From positions 51,711-115,710 of the forward strand of contig CAZSZE010000004.1 of the NCBI GenBank assembly GCA_964610645.1: DNA of 64,000 bases, given 5' to 3'. Origin of the DNA: an uncultured Enterobacterales bacterium (GTDB lineage: Bacteria > Myxococcota_A > UBA796 > CAJQPC01). The translations under genes and the position numbers were made by a program. Positions 17,856 to 26,046 of this stretch are shown one piece after another. How positions within the stretch are numbered: the stretch's first letter is position 1; each line of letters starts with the position of its first letter. The notes beneath the pieces are model-generated. The model was not told the DNA's origin. It was given only the letters and a program-made list of their open reading frames with translations, and made no database searches.

Positions 17856-19238
17856 ATGGGCTTGTGGGACGGTCGTTTCGATGGAAGCCCTGCCGAGGAG
17901 ATGCAGCGCTTCAGCGAGTCTCTCGAGGTCGACCTGCGCATGTTCGAGGAGGACATCGCAGGCTCCCTCGCCCACGCGGCCATGTTGCAGCACGTGGGAC
18001 TGCTCACCGAGGACGAGGGCAGCCAAATAGAGCGCGGCCTCTTGGCGGTGGCCACCGAGATTCGGGACGGCACCTGGACCCCTGGCCCGGAGCTGGAAGA
18101 CATCCACATGGCGGTCGAGCATCGCCTGGGACACCACGTCGGCTCCGTGGCAGGCAAGCTCCACACGGCCCGGTCCCGCAACGACCAGGTCGCCACCGAT
18201 GTGCGCCTGTGGCTGAAACGCCGCCTGACAGACCTGGAGGGGCAGCTGGTTCGTCTTGTGGGGGTGCTGCTCGACCGGGTGGAGTCCGACGGTCGCACGC
18301 TGATCCCCGGCTACACCCACCTCCAGCGCGGCCAGCCCATCTGGTTGGGACACCACCTGCTGGCCCATGCTTTTGCCCTCTCCCGGGATCTCGATCGGTG
18401 CCGGGAGGCCCATGTCCGGGTCGATGCTTGCCCCCTGGGGGCCGGTGCCATGGCGGGCACCCCCCATCCCATTGATCGGGAGCACACCGCCTCTGCCCTT
18501 GGATTTGGTTCCGTGGTGGAGAACGCCATGGATGCCGTGAGCGCCCGGGATCACATGCAGGAGGTCGCTGCGGTCTGCGCCATCACCATGACCCGCCTGT
18601 CTCGCATGGCGGGGGAGCTTGTGCTCTGGAGTTCGGCGGAGTTTTCATTGGTGCGCTTGGGCGATGCCTGGAGCACCGGATCCAGCATCATGCCCCAGAA
18701 GCGCAACCCGGATGCTGCAGAGCTTGTGCGGGGCAAAGGTGCTCGGGTCGTGGGGGATCTCATGGCGCTGCTGAACCTCTCCAAGGGGCTGCCACTGGCC
18801 TACATGCGCGACCTCCAGGAAGACAAGGACCCGCTCTTCGATGCGGTGAACACCACGGTGGCCTCGGTTTCTGTGCTTGCTGGGGTCTGGGGGGATCTTG
18901 CGGTGGAGGCGGATCGGTTTGACCTGGCCGGGGACTTCCTTCTTGCCACCGAGTTGGCGGACTTCCTGGTGGACGAGGGCGTTCCCTTTCGCGAGGCGCA
19001 CCACGTGGTGGGGGGGATCGTGCGCTGGTGTGAGAGCCAAGGCGGGAACTTCAGCCTGCTCACCCCCGAGGTCCTGGCGGACCACCACCCGGCCTTGGGG
19101 GAAGGGGCGTTGCAAGCCCTGGATCCCACGCGAGCAGTCGAGCGTCGGACCTCCCGGGGAGGGACGGCCTGGGTGGAGATTGAGCGCCAGGTTTCCCTGT
19201 TGCGCTCGGCGATCGGGAACGCCGACCAGAACGGGTGA
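17856..19238 (+). CDS. argH: Argininosuccinate lyase
   Basis: From ATG at 17856, 2 nt after the argG stop: MGLWDGRFDGSPAEEMQRFSESL..TARSRNDQVATD..GYTHLQRGQP..GSSIMPQKRNPDAAELVRGK (fumarate-lyase signature). The track ORF start at 17541 lies inside argG. Confidence 0.95.
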   Translation: MGLWDGRFDGSPAEEMQRFSESLEVDLRMFEEDIAGSLAHAAMLQHVGLLTEDEGSQIERGLLAVATEIRDGTWTPGPELEDIHMAVEHRLGHHVGSVAGKLHTARSRNDQVATDVRLWLKRRLTDLEGQLVRLVGVLLDRVESDGRTLIPGYTHLQRGQPIWLGHHLLAHAFALSRDLDRCREAHVRVDACPLGAGAMAGTPHPIDREHTASALGFGSVVENAMDAVSARDHMQEVAAVCAITMTRLSRMAGELVLWSSAEFSLVRLGDAWSTGSSIMPQKRNPDAAELVRGKGARVVGDLMALLNLSKGLPLAYMRDLQEDKDPLFDAVNTTVASVSVLAGVWGDLAVEADRFDLAGDFLLATELADFLVDEGVPFREAHHVVGGIVRWCESQGGNFSLLTPEVLADHHPALGEGALQALDPTRAVERRTSRGGTAWVEIERQVSLLRSAIGNADQNG

Positions 19239-19259
19239 TAGGGTGGGGCCGATGGCCCC

Positions 19260-19835
19260 ATGATCGAGTTCTTCTACGATATCGGCTCCCCCTACAGCTA
19301 CCTCGCTGCCGAGCGGCTCCAGGGGCTCGAAGAACGCACCGGCGCGGAGGTCCGTTGGCGGCCCTTCCTGTTGAGTGGCGTGTTCCGCCAGGTGGGGGAC
19401 GATCCCAGCGTGCAACTCGGCCCCCGCCGTCGGTACATGGTGCGGGACCTTGGCCGGTGGGCGGCTCGCATCGGGGTGCCCCTCAACTTTCCGGACAGCT
19501 TTCCGGTGAACACGTTGGATGCCATGCGCGTGCTGGTGCGCACGGAGAGGGCTAAGCGCCCGGAGCGTTCCATGTCGTTGTTTCGGGCTCTGTGGGGAGA
19601 GGGGCGCGACCTGTCAAACCCCGAGACCCTGCGGAATCTCGTGGGGGAGGAGGGCCTGGCGCTGGGCGCCGGAGTGGAAGCCATGGAGCGCCTGGAGCAG
19701 ACCACGGAGGAGGCGGTGGCCCGGGGCGCCTTTGGATCGCCCAGCTTTTTTGTGGGGCGGAAGCTCTTCTTTGGCAATGACCGCATGGATTTTCTTGAAG
19801 CGGCGATCCTGGCGCAGAAGGAGGGGGACTCTTGA
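19260..19835 (+). CDS. DsbA-family 2-hydroxychromene-2-carboxylate isomerase-like protein
   Basis: MIEFFYDIGSPYSYLA....RP..L.GVF......P......Y...DL.RWA...G.P..FP..FP.N....R...GAFGSPSFFVG..LFFGNDRMDFLE is the characteristic HCCA-isomerase/DsbA-like pattern. Confidence 0.8.
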   Translation: MIEFFYDIGSPYSYLAAERLQGLEERTGAEVRWRPFLLSGVFRQVGDDPSVQLGPRRRYMVRDLGRWAARIGVPLNFPDSFPVNTLDAMRVLVRTERAKRPERSMSLFRALWGEGRDLSNPETLRNLVGEEGLALGAGVEAMERLEQTTEEAVARGAFGSPSFFVGRKLFFGNDRMDFLEAAILAQKEGDS

Positions 19836-21016
19836 TCGGCATGGTGTTGTGTCTTCTGGCGAGCGGTGTCTCGGCCCAGGAGGAGGAACCCCTCTACCTT
19901 TCCCGGGTGGGCATCACCTTGCCCTTGCCCGGAGACTGGACTGTGCCCCGGTGGTCGGACTGGGACCTGGAAGCACGAGATGGCCGGAAGAGGGTGCAGC
20001 TGCACGTGTCTTCCACGACCTATCAGCAGCCCCTGATCGATGGACTGGCCGAGGCATGGGCCAAGGAGCTGGCCATTCCATGGCTCACCGAACACCAGAA
20101 GGGAGAGGACTTCACCGTGCGGGAGGTGTCCACCCTCACCCGGGATGGCGCCGCTCACGCCCTGTCAGAGATTGCCTACAAGGTGCAGGGAAAGACCCAG
20201 GCGGTGGCCTTTCAGGAGACCTTTGCCATCGAGGGACGGATGGTCCACGTGGTCAGTACGGCTCTGCAGAAGAACCGCCGACATGCCCGGGCAGCCCTGG
20301 ACACCTGGGTTCCCAAGATCGAGGTCGAGCATCCTGCTGCGGACCTTTCTGATCTCGGGGGAAGCGTCTCCGCAGGGGCCTTTTCGGCGGTCTTGCCGGA
20401 TGGCTGGCGCAAACCCCTGCGGGGTGAGTTCCTGGATGCGGTACAGCTCGCCTCCCAGTTGGGCCAGAAGCGGGTCACAGACGACACCTGCTGGATGGGA
20501 ATTGCCCCCAAGGCCAACGGCAACACAAACCTGCTGCTCGCCTGCACCATGGATCTCTTCCTGGGTGTCGTGGATGAACACTCCTTTGGCGCGGTGGATG
20601 AGCGCATCCGGGCCACGGTGTTCCGGGGATTTGGGGAGGCCATGGGCGAGGGGGAACCGCTGACAAGTCCCGCAGACCGCACATCAGCGCTCTATCGGCT
20701 CCCCTCTGGAGGAGACAGCGCGGTCTGGGTGGGGCTGACCCCCTACGATGCCGGGGTCATCCTGACCTATGCCCTGGGCACCCCTGCCGAGGATGCTGCC
20801 TTGCGGGCGGCGGTGGAGTCCAGCGTGGGCAGCATGGAGTTCACCGGTCCGGAGGGGGGGGCCCACCCGGTGGCCATGGGAGACACCCTGATGTACTTCC
20901 TCAAGCACCGACGGGGACATCCCATTGTTTGGAGTCCCCTGGTTTTGCTTGGGATTGCTGGCGTGAGCCTCCTGCGTGCGCAGGGGGGGCGTTCGTCCTA
21001 CAAGGACCTGGTCTGA
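19832..21016 (+). CDS. Hypothetical exported protein with C-terminal transmembrane anchor
   Basis: Signal-like N-terminus (M)VLCLLASGVSAQ. The start is either TTG 19832 (TTGA overlap) or the in-frame ATG 19841. Two LP.GW-containing modules are present, and the C-terminal helix is IVWSPLVLLGIAGVSLL. I recognise no family. Confidence 0.55.
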   Translation: MIGMVLCLLASGVSAQEEEPLYLSRVGITLPLPGDWTVPRWSDWDLEARDGRKRVQLHVSSTTYQQPLIDGLAEAWAKELAIPWLTEHQKGEDFTVREVSTLTRDGAAHALSEIAYKVQGKTQAVAFQETFAIEGRMVHVVSTALQKNRRHARAALDTWVPKIEVEHPAADLSDLGGSVSAGAFSAVLPDGWRKPLRGEFLDAVQLASQLGQKRVTDDTCWMGIAPKANGNTNLLLACTMDLFLGVVDEHSFGAVDERIRATVFRGFGEAMGEGEPLTSPADRTSALYRLPSGGDSAVWVGLTPYDAGVILTYALGTPAEDAALRAAVESSVGSMEFTGPEGGAHPVAMGDTLMYFLKHRRGHPIVWSPLVLLGIAGVSLLRAQGGRSSYKDLV

Positions 21017-21074
21017 AGCAGGGCGAACCCGCGTCAGCCGGCTATAGTTTCGAAACCTTGAGAGGGGAGACCCG

Positions 21075-23009
21075 ATGCGGCTCCAGTTGCCCTTGATTCC
21101 AGCCCGATGGTGGACGATTGCTCCGCTGTGGATGCTGTCCGGGCCGGCGCTCGCCATTTGCAGCGGCCACTACGATCTCAAGATCAACGAGTTCGTGCCG
21201 GATCCGGATGGCTCCGACTCCTCGGCATTGGCGGAGTGGATCGAGGTCTACAACACGGGTTCAACTGCAGTGAGCCTGGATGGGTGGTCCCTGGAGCGGG
21301 CCAAGAGTGCCAGCTCCGACTGGAGTGTGCGGGCGGATCTCTCGGGCAGCCTCGAGAGCGCAGCGGTGTACCTGGTGGGCGAGGAAAACGCACCGGGGGC
21401 TGTGGACCTTCGGCTTTCCTCTGGGGACAAGCTGGACCTGGGCAACGCCACCTCCAACGCGGATGGGGTGCGGCTGGTCTGTGGCGGTGAGGTCGTCGAC
21501 ACGGTCATCTATGGCAACCAGAACGTGGGGTATGACGATTGGCGGGATGATTCGGGGCTGGTGGCAGCCGACGCCCACCTGGCCCCCAAGCCGAGCGGTG
21601 GCAGCTCTGTTGCCCGGCATGTGGATGGGGAGGACACAGACAACTCCGGCGACGACTTCTGCGAGGACGACTCCCCGACCCCCGGAGAGGCCAATAGTTG
21701 CGTGGACGCCCCCGATACCGGCCCCCCGGACACCGGGGATCCGCCGGGGGATTGCGAAGGCAACGTGGTCATCAACGAGCTGCTGACCAATCCCGCCGGC
21801 ACGGATTCAAGCGCCATGGCGGAGTGGATCGAGATCTACAACGCAGGGACCATCCCGGTGGAGATAAATGGTTGGGCCATCGAGCGGGCCAAGTCCACCT
21901 ACAGCGAGCGGGTGTCCCTCTTTGGCTTCCTGCCCGCCGAGTCCTACCTGCTGGTGGGAGAGGAAAACGCAGCCGGGGGAACCGCCGACATCGTGGTGTC
22001 GAGCCCGGACTCCCTGGACCTTGGACAGGCCGGCAGCAACTCGGATGCGGTACGCCTGGTCTGTGCCGGGGGGGTGGCGGACACCGTGGTCTACGGGAGT
22101 CCCAACAGCGATTCCTTCATCGATGACAGCGGACTGGTGGCCACCTCCCTGGCAGAAGCCCCCGGGGAGGACGAGTGCCTTGCCCGGGTGCAGAACGGCT
22201 ACGACACTGACGCCTCTGGCAGCGACTTCATCGTACTGGAGGGCGAGAACTGCACCCCGGGCACTCCCAACGAGGATCAAGAGCCAGCGGTGTGCGAGGT
22301 CGAGAACGCTTCCGACATCAAGATCAATGAGATCTTTCCCAACCCGGATGGAACCGATGGCGGCTACGAGTGGATCGAGCTGGTCAACATCGGTTCCACT
22401 TCAGTGCGCCTGGACGGGTGGCAGATCGACATCGGGAAGTCTTCCTGGGGTTCGATTGCGGTCGTGTTTCCCAATGGGACTGGCATCAATGCCGGGGACC
22501 ACGTGCTCATCGGGGGGCCCGATGTGGAGGGGGCCAACCTGCAGACCACGGACAACTTGAGCATGGGCAATGCCTCCAGCAATGCGGATGGCGTGCGCTT
22601 GTTGGACTGCGAGGGGGGGGTCGTGGACACCCTCGTCTATGGCCCGGTGAACGAGGACGGTCTCGTGGATGATTCAGGTGGAATCGCTGTGACCCTCGGG
22701 CCGACTCCCGAGGATGACGCCTCCATTTCCAGGTGGCCCGATGGGGCAGACTCAGACGATGCCTCCGAGGACTGGGCCACGTGTTTGACCCCCAGCCCGG
22801 GGGAAGCCAACACAGACTGTCAGGCGGGCGATGGTGATACCGGGCTGTATGACAAGCCTCCGCTGGGCTGTTGCCGGGACGGCGAAGAGCTTCCCGATGC
22901 TGGAGACCCTGGAGGGTGTGCAACGACTGGATTTCCCGGGGCGGCCTGGTGGGTGCTGGCGGGAATTCTCGGCCGACGACGTCGTCGGTCGACTGGCGGT
23001 TCAGCGTGA
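21075..23009 (+). CDS. Surface protein with three lamin-tail domains (LTD) and a MYXO-CTERM-like sorting tail
   Basis: Three copies of the INE..P.P.G.D...EWIE.YN.G...V.L.GW...R.K.......L.......L.G.........L.L.N..D.V.L.......D.V.YG pattern. The C-terminus GGCATTGFPGAAWWVLAGILGRRRRRS has a Cys motif, a hydrophobic helix and an Arg cluster. Confidence 0.8.
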   Translation: MRLQLPLIPARWWTIAPLWMLSGPALAICSGHYDLKINEFVPDPDGSDSSALAEWIEVYNTGSTAVSLDGWSLERAKSASSDWSVRADLSGSLESAAVYLVGEENAPGAVDLRLSSGDKLDLGNATSNADGVRLVCGGEVVDTVIYGNQNVGYDDWRDDSGLVAADAHLAPKPSGGSSVARHVDGEDTDNSGDDFCEDDSPTPGEANSCVDAPDTGPPDTGDPPGDCEGNVVINELLTNPAGTDSSAMAEWIEIYNAGTIPVEINGWAIERAKSTYSERVSLFGFLPAESYLLVGEENAAGGTADIVVSSPDSLDLGQAGSNSDAVRLVCAGGVADTVVYGSPNSDSFIDDSGLVATSLAEAPGEDECLARVQNGYDTDASGSDFIVLEGENCTPGTPNEDQEPAVCEVENASDIKINEIFPNPDGTDGGYEWIELVNIGSTSVRLDGWQIDIGKSSWGSIAVVFPNGTGINAGDHVLIGGPDVEGANLQTTDNLSMGNASSNADGVRLLDCEGGVVDTLVYGPVNEDGLVDDSGGIAVTLGPTPEDDASISRWPDGADSDDASEDWATCLTPSPGEANTDCQAGDGDTGLYDKPPLGCCRDGEELPDAGDPGGCATTGFPGAAWWVLAGILGRRRRRSTGGSA

Positions 23010-23021
23010 AGCGCTGACCGG

Positions 23022-23948
23022 CTAAGCGTCCCGAACGATTCGGAACCCCAGGTCATCGGCGCGGTAGGTGGGCGCTTCCATGGACCGGGCCTTGGCCCAG
23101 GACGCGAGGCTTGGCTGCTTCCAGGACCCCGGGTGGTACAAGCGCTGCTCCCCCACCACGTCCTGCAGCCACTCCGCTGCGTTGCCCGCGAGATCCCAGA
23201 TGCCCTCCGGGGTGCGATCGGCCTGGAACAGGCCCACGGCACAGGGCTGCCCCACGGCCTCTTCCTCGGTGTTCGCGTTTGCATGGCCAAAGGGATCGCC
23301 CCAGGGGTAGGGCCGCTTTTCAGCGCCCCGCACAATCTGAAGCCGTTCGTGCACCGTGGGCAGACGGGCACCCACCGAGACGGCATAGGCGTTGGCCTCG
23401 TACCAGTTGGTTCCCACCACGGGCTGGTTTGCACCCAGCAAGCTCGGCTGCACCGCTGCAGCCAGGTCGGCCCAGGTCTTGCGGCCCAGGTTCTTCCATC
23501 CCAGGGAGGCTTCGGACCAGTGGGAATTGTTGTCGTACTCTCCGGAGGCAACGAACTGCTGGAAGGCGCTGGTGCTGACCGGCTGGCGCCCCACGAGAAT
23601 CCGATCTCCCGAGGCCAGCTCGATTTTTGCCCAGTAGTTGTCGCTGTCGGGAAGCAGAACTCGCCCATCTCCGAGCTTGCCCAACCCCCCGCCAATGGTG
23701 AGCCGGTCCGGGATGGACCCCTCTCCAGACTCCAGAGCGGCTTGCAGAGCCTCCCTCAGGCGGGCCAGGGCGGGAGCATTGGCGAGCCCGTTCTCCTGGT
23801 GGGCCATGGCTTGCTTCGCCAGTTCTGCGAGGCGTTCCACGCGCTCCACGGGGGTGAGGGCATCCAATGTGTCCAGGTCAGCTGCAAGCACGTCGGGTGT
23901 CACGGGCACCTCCTGTCCACACATAACGTTCCCCTGGATGCTCGGCAT
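23022..23948 (-). CDS. Formylglycine-generating-enzyme-like (SUMF1/FGE-sulfatase domain) protein
   Basis: The C-terminal domain reads ..QPVVGTNWYEANAYAVSVGARLPTVHE..RPYPWGD...AN......G.PC.VG.F..DRTPEGIWDLAGNAAEW....G..RLYHPGSW..........R.....YRADDLGFRIV, typical of the FGE fold. The start is uncertain: ATG 23948, or 23924 with AGGGGA upstream. The track start 24179 would overlap the divergent gene. Confidence 0.75.
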   Translation of the reverse strand: MPSIQGNVMCGQEVPVTPDVLAADLDTLDALTPVERVERLAELAKQAMAHQENGLANAPALARLREALQAALESGEGSIPDRLTIGGGLGKLGDGRVLLPDSDNYWAKIELASGDRILVGRQPVSTSAFQQFVASGEYDNNSHWSEASLGWKNLGRKTWADLAAAVQPSLLGANQPVVGTNWYEANAYAVSVGARLPTVHERLQIVRGAEKRPYPWGDPFGHANANTEEEAVGQPCAVGLFQADRTPEGIWDLAGNAAEWLQDVVGEQRLYHPGSWKQPSLASWAKARSMEAPTYRADDLGFRIVRDA

Positions 23949-23976
23949 TTTGCAGGCCGCATGTACAATTCCCTCC

Positions 23977-24984
23977 ATGCCTTCTCTTGCACCAGCCACC
24001 TCCCCCTCTGGGGTCGATCTGGGGGCGGGACTTTCCCGCCAGGAACGCCAGGATCTGGATGGCCTCCACCCGGGGGATCTCTTGGCCCGGTCCCTGGGAT
24101 CCGGCGTGGCTGTGCGGGTCCTGACCGAGCGAGGAGCGCGGGTGCTGGGGCGTCTGCCTCCGCGGGCCCGGGTGAACATCGACCGCCTGACATTTGCTGC
24201 GGGACTGGGGCTTGATGCGGTGGTGGACTGCCTGGATGTTCCCGGGTGGGTGGCGCTGGAAGCGCTCGCGGTGGATGGAAGCGCTGTGCAAGCGCGACGT
24301 TCGAGCCTGGTGGCGGGTCCCGAGAACGTTGTGTTTTTCTTTGTGGATGGAGACGATCGCTTCTTTCAGGTCTTGTCCAACCTGCCTGCGCTGGTCCGCC
24401 TGCGTCTCTGCGACAACCGCCTGGGCCCCCCCGGTGCGCGCCGCCTGGCCAGGCTCCAGGGGTTGAGGTGGCTGGACCTGCGTGGCAATGAGATCGGAGA
24501 TGCTGGCGCGGAGCCCTTGTCCCAGCTGACCCAGCTGGTGCGACTGGATCTTGCCCACAATGGGATCACCGGACCCGGCGCACGCTCCCTTTCCAAGTTG
24601 CAACGCCTGGTGCAGCTGGATCTCTCCAGGAATCCAGTGGGACACTCAGGGGCCCGATCTCTCGCAACCTTGGAAGCCCTCGTGGATCTCCGGGTCGGGG
24701 AGTGTGGGCTCGGCCCGGGCTCTGTGAAGGCCCTCATGAAGCTGCCTGCACTCCTGCACCTGGATCTCTCAGGCAATGCCATCAAGTCCGGGGGAGTGCG
24801 TTCGCTGGTGCGACGGGCGGGCTGGGTGCGCCTTTGGCTCCAGCGCTGTGGCTTGTCGGACGGGGACCTGCAGACCCTGGCCAGGTTGCAGGGCATCGAA
24901 CGGCTCGCTCTGGATGGCAACGGGTTGTCCGAGCCCGCCTGTGCCCACCTGGCCCAGGCACTGCCCGGAAGTGTGATCACCTGA
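23977..24984 (+). CDS. Leucine-rich repeat protein (RNI-like 24-residue repeats)
   Basis: From the internal ATG at 23977. There are about 8 consecutive repeats of L..LdLs.N.ig..Ga..La.l.. , for example LRWLDLRGNEIGDAGAEPLSQLTQ, LVRLDLAHNGITGPGARSLSKLQR and LLHLDLSGNAIKSGGVRSLVRRAG. The first 113 codons of the track ORF are antisense to the FGE-like gene. Confidence 0.7.
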   Translation: MPSLAPATSPSGVDLGAGLSRQERQDLDGLHPGDLLARSLGSGVAVRVLTERGARVLGRLPPRARVNIDRLTFAAGLGLDAVVDCLDVPGWVALEALAVDGSAVQARRSSLVAGPENVVFFFVDGDDRFFQVLSNLPALVRLRLCDNRLGPPGARRLARLQGLRWLDLRGNEIGDAGAEPLSQLTQLVRLDLAHNGITGPGARSLSKLQRLVQLDLSRNPVGHSGARSLATLEALVDLRVGECGLGPGSVKALMKLPALLHLDLSGNAIKSGGVRSLVRRAGWVRLWLQRCGLSDGDLQTLARLQGIERLALDGNGLSEPACAHLAQALPGSVIT

Positions 24985-26041
24985 TTCCAGCGGTCACTCC
25001 GCGCCAGGCCCGCATAAAGTTCTCCCCTTGCACGCCGCGGACCTGCTCCTCGGTCCAGCCGGCGGTTTGCAGGGCACGCCAGAGATCCGGGAGGTGCGAG
25101 GCGTTGGGCAGACCCTCCACCGGCTGAATCAACCCGTCGTAGTCGCTCCCAAGGGCCACCACCGGGTGGCCTCCGATGTGGGCCAGGTGGTTCGCCTGGG
25201 CCACCACGGCGCTGATATCTCGCGCTCCACCCACAAAGGGGCCATGCAGGTTCAAGCCGATCACCCCCCCCGTGGCTGCAATGCAGCGGATCTCTTCGTC
25301 GGACAGGTTGCGGGCGTGGGGTGCCAGTGTGTGTGCGTTGGAGTGGGAGGCGATGACCGGAACCTTTGAGGAGGAGCACACCTCCAGGGTGGTGTCGCGG
25401 CTGGCGTGCGACAGATCCACGATCAACCCCTTGGCCTGGCAGTGGGCCACCAGGGCGTGGCCCTTCTCGGTCAGTCCGCTGCCGCCATCCCCTGAGCTTC
25501 CGGCAAAGGGCGTGGAGAAGCTCCAGGTCAGCCCGACCATGCCCAGGCCTCGATCCTGGAGTCCCTGCAAGGAGGCGCGCCAGTCCTCGACTTTCAGGCC
25601 ATGGGTGCCTTCCAGCGACACCAGCACACCGATGCGCCCGGCATCCGCGGCGGCTTGCGCCTCGTCGGGGCTGCGCACGATCTGCAACGCGTCCTGGGCA
25701 GCGATTGCAGATTCCAGTCGATCCAGCAAGGCCAGGGTGTGGACCACGTGGTCGGCGCTCCTGGGGGGCCACAAGACCTCCACCGCCAGGTTGGTCCCAG
25801 CGGCCCGCAACTGGCCCAAGCCCGCCTCCAGGCCGGTGGCATCGATTTTCACCTGTTGCCGGTGCAACTGGGTCGGGGTGTCCAGGTGGAGATCAGCCTG
25901 AATGGGTGTGGCCCAGGCGGCGGCAGTGGCAAGCAAGGCAGACAGCACCACGCGAGGATACCCCCAACAGCCGAGAGACCCGCGGTATGCTGCCCGGACT
26001 CCCCGCTGAACCCCCCATGGGTCCGGTCTATTCGTGTGCAC
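24977..26041 (-). CDS. Membrane dipeptidase (peptidase family M19)
   Basis: DLHLDTP.., ..VLVSLEG.., ..GLTWS..N.., ..GLIVDLSHAS.., ..PVIASHSNA..L..H.RNLSDEE.., ..GGVIGLN.. and ..ALGSDYDG.. are M19 hallmarks. A signal-like segment VVLSALLATAAAWA is present. The track start is GTG and the exact start is uncertain. Confidence 0.85.
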   Translation of the reverse strand: MHTNRPDPWGVQRGVRAAYRGSLGCWGYPRVVLSALLATAAAWATPIQADLHLDTPTQLHRQQVKIDATGLEAGLGQLRAAGTNLAVEVLWPPRSADHVVHTLALLDRLESAIAAQDALQIVRSPDEAQAAADAGRIGVLVSLEGTHGLKVEDWRASLQGLQDRGLGMVGLTWSFSTPFAGSSGDGGSGLTEKGHALVAHCQAKGLIVDLSHASRDTTLEVCSSSKVPVIASHSNAHTLAPHARNLSDEEIRCIAATGGVIGLNLHGPFVGGARDISAVVAQANHLAHIGGHPVVALGSDYDGLIQPVEGLPNASHLPDLWRALQTAGWTEEQVRGVQGENFMRAWRGVTAGIR

Positions 26042-26046
26042 TGTCC

